A stretch of 64,000 bases of DNA from IMG/VR virus record IMGVR_UViG_3300037804_000222, positions 26,772 to 90,771 of that record; one strand, given 5' to 3'. Under the pieces are notes generated by a model. It saw nothing but the letters and a program-made list of their open reading frames with translations. It did no database searches and had not been told where the DNA came from. Shown here one piece after another: positions 10,255 to 17,479 of this stretch (its first letter is position 1; every line of letters starts with the position of its first letter). Origin of the DNA: a virus. Position numbers and translations under genes: made by a program.

Positions 10255-10424
10255 TTGTGGTTTTTCTTTTTTCTTTTAGTTTTACCTCTAGGTACATCCA
10301 CATAATTAATTGGTGCACTCGTTCTTTTTCTTTCTTTTTTAGCTGCAGTATTAAACTGCGCTATTGACCAGCATACATATAATCCTATTACACATATTAC
10401 TGCTAACATAATTTCTAATGCCAT
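10245..10424 (-). CDS. small membrane-anchored basic protein (59 aa, not in track)
   Basis: MALEIMLAVICVIGLYVCWSIAQF hydrophobic N-terminus, Lys/Arg-rich tail. Confidence 0.55.
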   Translation of the reverse strand: MALEIMLAVICVIGLYVCWSIAQFNTAAKKERKRTSAPINYVDVPRGKTKRKKKNHKWT

Positions 10425-10425
10425 A

Positions 10426-10572
10426 TTACTCTTGTTTTAGTTCTTTAAGTTTTTTTTCAAGTTCTTCAATTGTTCTGACATGAAATTGGGAAGGTCTATT
10501 TCGATTGTATTGTTCAATACGCCATTCCTCCTCTCTTTTGAGTCTAATCCACTCTTCTTTCATTTTCCCCAT
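10426..10572 (-). CDS. small hypothetical protein (48 aa, not in track)
   Basis: MGKMKEEWIRLKREEEW...; tiles with the downstream ORF. Confidence 0.55.
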   Translation of the reverse strand: MGKMKEEWIRLKREEEWRIEQYNRNRPSQFHVRTIEELEKKLKELKQE

Positions 10573-10699
10573 CTTGGTTTAAATTTTTTAAAGGTTTCTT
10601 AACCTTTAGTTAATACTTCTATTGCCAATTAATAGTATATTCACTTCATGAAAAGATCCACAAAATTTATATATGCACTTTTAATGGCAATAGTTTATA

Positions 10700-11023
10700 C
10701 TATAGCTCTCTTAAGCTAGTCACTAAATTACTTAATGATTCTATACTAGTTATTTTAGTGTTATCTTCCAGATACACATAAAAGTCTGGCTCATCTATAG
10801 ATGTTGATAGAAAATGAATTCCAGCTATATCTAAAGAATAATATATATATCCTGCAGCAATATAATTTTTACCTATCTCAGGTTTTTGATATACTTCTTC
10901 AAATCCTAAAGTTAATAATGCTAGTGGTGTTACATCTGATTTTTCAAAATCTTTAATAGATTTTTCTAATCGTTCTTTGTTTGCTGTAGAGGATGTAAGA
11001 TACTCTGTTTCATCTTGTTCCAT
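10700..11023 (-). CDS. hypothetical protein
   Basis: 107-aa ORF. Confidence 0.65.
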   Translation of the reverse strand: MEQDETEYLTSSTANKERLEKSIKDFEKSDVTPLALLTLGFEEVYQKPEIGKNYIAAGYIYYSLDIAGIHFLSTSIDEPDFYVYLEDNTKITSIESLSNLVTSLREL

Positions 11024-11026
11024 AAA

Positions 11027-11275
11027 TTAAGGTTTTAGTTTGGTTAAATCTAATACAGGCTCTTGTGTTCCATAAATTAAGTTTTTTTGCTCTTCAAGAT
11101 AATTATTTACAAAAGCAATGATCGCTTTTTCAATATCTTTAGTTATTCTTTTTTTCATAGCCTTTTTCTTTTTACGGGGAAGTTTGTAATACCTCCTTGT
11201 ATAAGGCAATAACTCTTTTAGAGTTTCATGGCTAAAGTTTATTCTTTTCTTCCCCATAAAATAATTGTTTTTCAC
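11027..11275 (-). CDS. hypothetical protein
   Basis: 82-aa ORF with KLPRKKKK motif. Confidence 0.55.
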   Translation of the reverse strand: MKNNYFMGKKRINFSHETLKELLPYTRRYYKLPRKKKKAMKKRITKDIEKAIIAFVNNYLEEQKNLIYGTQEPVLDLTKLKP

Positions 11276-11289
11276 TGTTAATAATCGTT

Positions 11290-11460
11290 TTTCACCTATA
11301 TTTCGCCAAACCCACCTACTATAGAAAGTTATGGCAGGTTATAACCTGATAAAATGTTCGTGAACGTACGGCTATAGCCTGATGAGATTGTTCAGTGGAC
11401 TGAACAATTGTCCAGTTTTTTGATTAATAAACTGGACATTTGTCGCTTTTTTTGCGACAG
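11290..11460. repeat. array of heterogeneous short palindromes, block 1
   Basis: CAGGTTATAACCTG (11335-48), GTTC-GT-GAAC, GGCTATAGCC, ATTGTTCAGT-GG-ACTGAACAAT (11387-408), TGTCCAGTTT-N10-AAACTGGACA (11409-38), TGTCGC-T7-GCGACA (11441-59). Confidence 0.85.
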
Positions 11461-11461
11461 T

Positions 11462-11625
11462 TGGCTGTAGGAGAAGGATTCGAACCTCCACGTAGTAGTT
11501 AGCTAAAGGACAGATTTTAACCAGGGCGCTGCGCAGCTTGGTGGTCAATCCCATTATCCTTAGTTTATCCTATAATCTACACCCCCGAGACAGGAGGGTA
11601 TGTCTGCCAATTTCATCACCCTACA
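11462..11625 (-). tRNA. atypical tRNA-like RNA, GTC (Asp) anticodon, 92-nt variable arm
   Basis: Acceptor TGTAGGG/TCCTACA + G-CCA; class-II-type D arm ATG-AAATTGGCAGA-CAT; anticodon arm CCCTC-CTGTCTC-GGGGG; T arm GGAGG-TTCGAAT-CCTTC. Confidence 0.8.
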
Positions 11626-11629
11626 TTAA

Positions 11630-11990
11630 ATTTGTACGTATTCCGTACATATATAGGTTTTCCTTTTTGTTAACGTCAACAAAATGGTTTACTCCGTCAG
11701 TTGCTCCGTCAACAAAAGGGTTTACTTATAGTTACAAATGTAAACAACTTAGTATAACTTTTAACTATACTTAAAACTTATTGCTCTATTCCCCAAATAA
11801 ACGGTTTTTCTGCGATTGTAATCACCAAATAACCGAAAATGAAGCTCAAGCTAACCTTAATTGTGTCTCATATTTGATACAAAATGAGCTTTATTGGTGC
11901 AAATATGCACCACATCTGCACCACATTAGGTTTGTTTTGTTACAGTTTGACAATCATTTTACCCTTGTTTTGATACACAAACAAGTTTGA
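11630..11990. repeat. array of heterogeneous palindromes and short tandem repeats, block 2
   Basis: TGTACG-TATTC-CGTACA (11633-49), TTTTGTT-AACGTC-AACAAAA (11665-84), CTCCGTCA x2 at 12-bp period (11692/11704), GTTTAC-N14-GTAAAC, AGTATA-N9-TATACT, TGGTGCA-AATA-TGCACCA (11895-912), TGCACCACAT x2, CTTGTTT-N8-AAACAAG. Confidence 0.8.
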
Positions 11991-12248
11991 TTAGAATCTT
12001 TTTACATTATCAGACAATGACTCTATGAAATTATTTACGCTATCGTACAGCTTTTTCTTTTTCTGCTCTACTTCTGCACATCTTTTTTGGTAATAGGTTA
12101 TAGCTTCAACGTAAGCATCTTGCTCTGTTTCTGCTCCCATAGATAAGTTCATTCCTCTTGTTTCATCATACAACCAATAGCCATCCTTACACTCTGATAT
12201 AGTTAGGCTATCTGTTAGTTTTATGTTACTTATTGCTTTACTTGCCAT
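11991..12248 (-). CDS. hypothetical protein embedded in the palindrome array
   Basis: 85-aa ORF with an A-rich leader; GYWLYDETRGMNLSM motif. Confidence 0.7.
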   Translation of the reverse strand: MASKAISNIKLTDSLTISECKDGYWLYDETRGMNLSMGAETEQDAYVEAITYYQKRCAEVEQKKKKLYDSVNNFIESLSDNVKRF

Positions 12249-12259
12249 TTTATTTAGCT

Positions 12260-12561
12260 TTTAGTATGTACCAATTTGGTACATAATTAAGTGGTATGTC
12301 GGGATTTCCGACTAGTTCAATCTTAGTAAAATGTCCCAATTATTACCTATTTTCGGTACTTCTGGCGAATTTTTACTAAGATTCTTGATTCGCGAATTGC
12401 AAATTAATCTACAAGAATCACAATATAATATGAATTGTGCATGATTTGTCATGCGTTAACCCCATAAACGGTACTTAATGTATGAGAACTCATACAATAA
12501 TGTGATTTTCGTAGTATTTATATGTAGAAACATACAACTGGTGATGATTTGTCACTGGTTG
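12260..12561. repeat. array of heterogeneous palindromes, block 3
   Basis: TATGTACCAA-T-TTGGTACATA (12265-85), GTCGG-GATTT-CCGAC (12298-312), AATCTTAGTAAAA/TTTTACTAAGATT (12319-31/12371-83), TTGATTCGCGAATTGCAAATTAA, GCATGA-TTTG-TCATGC, TGTATGAG-AA-CTCATACA (12479-96), AACTGGTGA-N7-TCACTGGTT (12536-60). Confidence 0.85.
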
Positions 12562-13056
12562 CTACATACTAGTTTCTATCCAAAGTCCTAAAGCGGTTCC
12601 TAATAAAAAGACAAGAAAGAAAACAAATACAATAAAAATAACTCTAGATTCGTTTATTCCCTCATTTGTTCCCTCATTTAATCCCTCACTTATTCCCTCA
12701 TTTGGTTTTTTATACGCTTCTTTTGGAGTTAAAGGTTTTTTAAAAATATCCTCATTTGTTCCCTTACGTAGTATCCCAGCTGTTTCACATAGCTTCAGGA
12801 ACTTATTATACTCGCCATCTTTATTGATAGTGTTAGGTGTTTGGGAATCGCCTGTATCTATTTCGCCAAATACTGATGTATTTATAACGACAACCTCCCC
12901 CATATTACGTTGGTAATGTTCTTCTAAGTCTACAAAGGATTCTCCACATTTGCAATAATCCATTGACCATCTTTTAGCGCTATCGGATTGCTGAATACTA
13001 TCACAGTACCCACATCTCCATTCCAGTAGTGTTCTCATGTTTTCTTTTTTAAGCAA
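12562..13056 (-). CDS. mosaic protein: Zn-ribbon N-terminus, NEG(I/L/T) 12-bp repeats, C-terminal TM helix
   Basis: CGYC...CKCG; NEGISEGLNEGTNEGIN; VIFIVFVFFLVFLLGTALGLWI. Confidence 0.6.
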   Translation of the reverse strand: MLKKENMRTLLEWRCGYCDSIQQSDSAKRWSMDYCKCGESFVDLEEHYQRNMGEVVVINTSVFGEIDTGDSQTPNTINKDGEYNKFLKLCETAGILRKGTNEDIFKKPLTPKEAYKKPNEGISEGLNEGTNEGINESRVIFIVFVFFLVFLLGTALGLWIETSM

Positions 13057-13089
13057 ATAAGATTAATCAGTTGATCTTATTTATCATAA

Positions 13090-13191
13090 TTATAAGTCAT
13101 CAAAATCATCATAATCTTTGATAGCTCGTAAGTATATAATGTTTGCTACAATAACTGATACTATAAAAACACCTATGCAAATTCCTACCAT
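13090..13191 (-). CDS. small membrane protein (33 aa, not in track)
   Basis: MVGICIGVFIVSVIVANIIYLRAIKDYDDFDDL. Confidence 0.4.
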   Translation of the reverse strand: MVGICIGVFIVSVIVANIIYLRAIKDYDDFDDL

Positions 13192-13299
13192 AATACTTGT
13201 TTTTTAATCTTGTCTCTTCAAAATGCAGCACTCAAGTAGCTTACTCTCTTTGGGATAAAGGTATTAAATATTTTTAACTTTACTATCTTATTTTTAAAT

Positions 13300-13450
13300 A
13301 GTTAAGTTGTAAGTAATCCTTACAAGTTGATCAAAAGCGAAGCCTGAATAAGACATCTCCTACCCAGAACTTTACTTTTGATGCTGATTTTACCTAAGCT
13401 CCCCAGCTTAGGATTTCTTACCTATTGATTCTCATTAATAGGATTTTCAC
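13300..13450 (-). ncRNA. structured non-coding segment (4-5 hairpins)
   Basis: CCTATT/AATAGG, CCTAAGCT-GGGG-AGCTTAGG, ATCAAAAG/CTTTTGAT enclosing CTGGGTAGGA-GATG-TCTTATTCAG (G-U pairs favour minus strand), TTGTAAG/CTTACAA. Confidence 0.55.
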
Positions 13451-13483
13451 TGTTTGCCCAACTCACGCTTGGTACTCTCGTTG

Positions 13484-13620
13484 TCAAAGAGGCAGGAGTC
13501 GAACCTGCATGAAGGACATCACAGCCTTTATGTGGACTTTTACCACTTCCGAATTACCAAGACTCAGTTAATTACTCCGCTTCTTTAGAAATTCTGCGTT
13601 TACCGTTTCGCCACTCCTTG
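13484..13620 (-). ncRNA. tRNA-like RNA (Leu-type body) with expanded anticodon and variable arms
   Basis: Acceptor CAAGGAG/CTCTTTG + A73; TG-GCG-AAACGGTAAA-CGC D arm; GCAGG-TTCGACT-CCTGC T arm; GAATT/AATTC stem encloses 34 nt instead of 7. Confidence 0.75.
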
Positions 13621-13653
13621 ATGCGCAGCACTCACGCAGCTTGCTCTCGTATT

Positions 13654-13792
13654 AGACCAAACGATAATTTTAGTTGTAGTATCACGTACTACGAGTGGTC
13701 TTTGTAAGAAAATAGGCTCTCAGGTTTTGTTTCGAAGTCTTACGGTGCAGTATCTGAGATTATTAGAGTTTAACTGCGTTCACTCATGCCTA
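13654..13792 (-). ncRNA. structured RNA with pseudoknot upstream of the tRNA-like element
   Basis: TAGGC/GCCTA closing a junction with GAGT/ACTC and TCTCAG/CTGAGA stems; loop-loop GCAGT/ACTGC; then AGACCA/TGGTCT enclosing GTAGTA-CGTGA-TACTAC. Confidence 0.5.
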
Positions 13793-13802
13793 ACCTGTAC
13801 CC

Positions 13803-14978
13803 CTACAGGATGATTTCATCTATACTCTCCACCCATTTCACAATCTGTCCTTCTTGTCGTTTATTAAGCCACGAGACTTCTTGTGTATTAGGTGCATAAA
13901 GATTAATAATAACTGCTGTCTTACCTGGTACATATCTAATGACACGTCCAGTACGCTGTATATTATCAAGTTTACGTGAATTACCTGCAGCTACAATACC
14001 TAAAGAACAATCTGGTACATCCAATCCTGCATTCAAAGCTTTAACTGAGCTTATCACACGTTGTTTTGTTCTACCATCTTTAAATTTTCTAAGTACTTCA
14101 GCTTGCTGTTTTTTACTACGTTTACTATGAAAGCTTAGACATATATCGCCTAACTCTTCCTGTACTTCGTCTGCAAATTTAACGCTTCCATTGAATAATA
14201 AAGCTTTTCTATCACTAAATTTCTCTAGTAATTCTTTAATCACTGGTATCTTTGCTTGAGAGTTTTTACATATCTCTCCTCTTTTACGCATAGCATTGTA
14301 ATAAATAGCTGCAATACCACGCATATTTGGATCAGCATTCTGATCATTAAGATATTTCCTTGCCATATTAAATGACTGGGAACCTCCAAAGCCTAATCTA
14401 CCTGCAGCAAATCTAAATTGCTTGTTAGCTTTATCATAATCCTCAACTTCATCGTCATACATAGGTACTTTTAAATTATATACAAGATAATCACTCACCC
14501 ATCCTTTCTCATGACATTCTTCAATAGTCACTTCTTCAAATATAGGTGCATTCTCAAGTAATAAATCATGTCTACCATCTGCACGTTCTATAGTAGCAGT
14601 TAATCCCAAAAGATATGTATATTCTATTTTATGAAATACTCTTTGAAATTGATCTGCTCCATAACAATGTAACTCGTCAAGAATTAACATGTCACACTCG
14701 TAATTGTTTTTATATGCTGTATTAATTACAACAGTCTCACAATTCTTATGTATGTTGTGTTTCTTTAACTCTGCATTCCATTGATTCTTCAAGTTAATGG
14801 TAGGCACTACTATAATAACGCTGTTGCCAGGGTATCGATTAAACATACGTTTAAGTATAAGAATACTTGTGTAAGTTTTACCGAACCCTGTTGCAGCGAC
14901 TAAAGTTCCCACTCCTTTAACTTTACTAAATTTATCTGCTATCTCTAATTGTCTAGAGGTTCTGCTTAAATCTGTCAT
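13803..14978 (-). CDS. superfamily 2 (DExH) helicase
   Basis: ATGFGKT, LDELH, GLTAT, GLDVP, QRTGRVIR. Confidence 0.9.
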   Translation of the reverse strand: MTDLSRTSRQLEIADKFSKVKGVGTLVAATGFGKTYTSILILKRMFNRYPGNSVIIVVPTINLKNQWNAELKKHNIHKNCETVVINTAYKNNYECDMLILDELHCYGADQFQRVFHKIEYTYLLGLTATIERADGRHDLLLENAPIFEEVTIEECHEKGWVSDYLVYNLKVPMYDDEVEDYDKANKQFRFAAGRLGFGGSQSFNMARKYLNDQNADPNMRGIAAIYYNAMRKRGEICKNSQAKIPVIKELLEKFSDRKALLFNGSVKFADEVQEELGDICLSFHSKRSKKQQAEVLRKFKDGRTKQRVISSVKALNAGLDVPDCSLGIVAAGNSRKLDNIQRTGRVIRYVPGKTAVIINLYAPNTQEVSWLNKRQEGQIVKWVESIDEIIL

Positions 14979-15240
14979 ACTGTTCTTCTGTTATTTTAAG
15001 AACTTTTAACATTCTGTTAGGATACTTATCGTTAGATGCTGTATTAGGATGGCCAGGTAAATAAGGTTGTAATCTACCTGGTGCCTGAGCTCCTGTATAG
15101 CTAATATATGTATAGTCACATAGCATACAAGACTCTGTAAAACTTCTAACTTTTGCCACCTCTAATCCTTTCCACCCTTGAATTGTCACATGGTCTCCTG
15201 GACGAAGCTCTTCTCCTGTCACGTCTTCTACTTTTTCCAT
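14953..15240 (-). CDS. hypothetical protein
   Basis: 95-aa ORF overlapping both neighbours. Confidence 0.65.
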   Translation of the reverse strand: MEKVEDVTGEELRPGDHVTIQGWKGLEVAKVRSFTESCMLCDYTYISYTGAQAPGRLQPYLPGHPNTASNDKYPNRMLKVLKITEEQYDRFKQNL

Positions 15241-17132
15241 ACTGTCGATATTTCTGTTTCTGCTTTTAATAGCCCTGATGGTATAATATCAAGTGTTGAT
15301 GTCTCCATAATCTCTTGTAATCTATGCTTCCACACAATTGCGTAGCTTTCATGTACGATTGTATCAATTTGATCATGAACTGTCATCACTATTTTAACAG
15401 GTAAATCGTTTTCATAGATATGATCACGAACCATAACAAGTGCAGACTTACACATATCAGCTCCACTACCTTGAATTGGTGTGTTTTTGCTGGCACGTTC
15501 TATCTTACCCATTATTGCGTTATCTGTGTTAATACCTTTCCACTCTTCAAACCATCTGATACGACGATATGGTGCATATGTTTTAATATGACCATTCTGT
15601 TTACCATAATTACCAAGAGACACTAAGAAATTCTTAATTGCAGGAAATGCTGTGAAGTATTTCTGAATCAATTTCTCTGCCTCTCTGTTACTTATAAGTA
15701 ATGTATCAGCTAATTTGTGTGGGCCCATACCATAGGCTAAACCGAAGTTAATACTCTTTACGTTTGTACGCAGTTTTTTATGTTTAGGGCAATCACATTT
15801 AAGTTGAGCACGTTCTGTACCACCACCTAAATTAGAATAAGCATAGTAAGCACAGCCTACATCAGCTGCATCTTTCCATTCTTTACCATAAACTAAATCT
15901 GCACACACGCTATGAAGGTCTTTACCTTCTTCTAGCGCCTTAATCCACACTGGATCTTTACTCCCTGTGGCTATAATACATAGTTCTTGTGAGCTGTAGT
16001 CGCCTGAAACAAATACCCAATCATCATAACCACTTATAAAGCAATTACGGTAATCATTATCTGCAGGTATCTGTTGCATATTTGGTTTCCCTGATGCTAC
16101 TCTACCTGTATTTAATATTTGTCTAAAGCTTGTTCTGACTCTACCGTCAGTATCTACATTATCTAAGAACTTTTCACCATAACTTGTAGCAAGCTTGGCC
16201 TGCTCTTTGTACTTAATATATGTTTTAACAAATGGATCTTTACTGTGGACATGTAAATTCTTAGCATTTACATCTTCAACGTTTAATCCATATGTTCTAA
16301 ATACATTTAGCACTTGTTTTGGTGAACTCCATTTAACATTTACCTTTCTAAGCTCTTCTACTGGCATAAATAAATCGCCTTGCACATAAGAATCTACAAA
16401 ATTATGAAGTATGTCATTAGATTCTATGATTTCATCTAAAGCATTCTCCATATTTTGCACTTCAAATTTAGCTTTCTTTGCAAGAATATTCCAGTTCTCT
16501 ACATCCAATCCGATACCATTAAATTCAATATCAGCAAATGTTAAAGCTGCATTGTTTTCAAGTTCGGCTGTATGTACAAGATCAAGTCTGCGACAGCTAA
16601 CTGTCTGATTATGATATAACTGTACAAGATATTCTACATCCTTTGCACCATATGTTATCTCTGACTCAGTGAATTCTTCACTACTTTTATTGATGAAATT
16701 AAATCTCACGCTCTTATCCATCTCTATTTTAAGTTCTCTTGAAAGAACGTTATTTAAAGAGTGGGACATGTCTTTACCGCAATGTATAACTTGAGATGTT
16801 AGCATAGTATCCCACACATTATTAAGTCTGATGTTATGTTTCATAAGAAACTTGTAATCAAACTTAACATTGTGTAAGATTTTAACTATGCTATCATCTT
16901 CAAGCACTCTTCTCAGAGGGGCAATACTTACGTAGCGCGTATCTATTACAAACTGAACATTTTCATCTCCAATTTGTAACATAATCATATCATCATCAAT
17001 GTGGCTTAGTCCAGTAGTTTCAGTGTCAATTGCTAACACTGTTTTATCCTTGCAATAGTTTATTACAGGCTCAAGATCTGTGCATGTAGCACAACAATCA
17101 AGAAGCTTTGGATTTCCTACGAACTGTATCAT
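15228..17132 (-). CDS. polA: DNA polymerase family A with 3'-5' exonuclease
   Basis: AIDTETTG, HNVKFD, YGAKDV (exo); TGRVASGKPNMQQIP, DYSSQE, KSINFGLAYG, NTPIQGSGAD, VHDQI. Confidence 0.95.
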   Translation of the reverse strand: MIQFVGNPKLLDCCATCTDLEPVINYCKDKTVLAIDTETTGLSHIDDDMIMLQIGDENVQFVIDTRYVSIAPLRRVLEDDSIVKILHNVKFDYKFLMKHNIRLNNVWDTMLTSQVIHCGKDMSHSLNNVLSRELKIEMDKSVRFNFINKSSEEFTESEITYGAKDVEYLVQLYHNQTVSCRRLDLVHTAELENNAALTFADIEFNGIGLDVENWNILAKKAKFEVQNMENALDEIIESNDILHNFVDSYVQGDLFMPVEELRKVNVKWSSPKQVLNVFRTYGLNVEDVNAKNLHVHSKDPFVKTYIKYKEQAKLATSYGEKFLDNVDTDGRVRTSFRQILNTGRVASGKPNMQQIPADNDYRNCFISGYDDWVFVSGDYSSQELCIIATGSKDPVWIKALEEGKDLHSVCADLVYGKEWKDAADVGCAYYAYSNLGGGTERAQLKCDCPKHKKLRTNVKSINFGLAYGMGPHKLADTLLISNREAEKLIQKYFTAFPAIKNFLVSLGNYGKQNGHIKTYAPYRRIRWFEEWKGINTDNAIMGKIERASKNTPIQGSGADMCKSALVMVRDHIYENDLPVKIVMTVHDQIDTIVHESYAIVWKHRLQEIMETSTLDIIPSGLLKAETEISTVWKK

Positions 17133-17137
17133 TTAAT

Positions 17138-17479
17138 TTAGTGTTTAAGATTTTGAGGATTGTGTTTATTTCTCTGCTCGCCCAATATTTTTTCCAGCGA
17201 CTCTTTGTTAACCTCTGGAATCGTGAAAGTATATTGACTTGCTTCTCCGACACTTCTAATTCTTCTCGTCGCTTCATCTCTATATCTTTTAGGTATGTGA
17301 GTACTAACTTCTAAATTATAAATAGCTTTAGCAACTATATTAGAAGCAATATCTATATCTCTACACTTTAATTGAAAAGAGAAGAAGTTAAGAAGAGTGT
17401 TATAATCACTCCTCTTATCTTCTGGTAACTCTTGCATAAAGGTATACATACGAGCGATAAACTCTTTACAACTCTCCAA
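17138..17479 (-). CDS. hypothetical protein
   Basis: 113-aa ORF. Confidence 0.65.
   Translation of the reverse strand: MESCKEFIARMYTFMQELPEDKRSDYNTLLNFFSFQLKCRDIDIASNIVAKAIYNLEVSTHIPKRYRDEATRRIRSVGEASQYTFTIPEVNKESLEKILGEQRNKHNPQNLKH

Noticed and set aside
11462-11625. tmRNA or intron-containing tRNA
   Set aside because: It has full D and anticodon arms and no G3-U70 alanine determinant; the 92-nt insert is in the variable arm and too short for a group I/II intron
11372-11990. ORFs 11372..11554 (-), 11538..11774 (+), 11781..11990 (+)
   Set aside because: They overlap the tRNA-like RNA and palindrome array, have no protein-like motifs, and two oppose the local gene direction
11290-12561. CRISPR array or integron cassette array
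   Set aside because: No recurring direct repeat or attC-like shared ends; every unit differs, and no cas or integrase gene is in the window
13300-13484. Theta/HDV-like ribozyme after the tRNA-like RNA
   Set aside because: Could not draw the nested double-pseudoknot core or catalytic C; only a small H-type pseudoknot is supported
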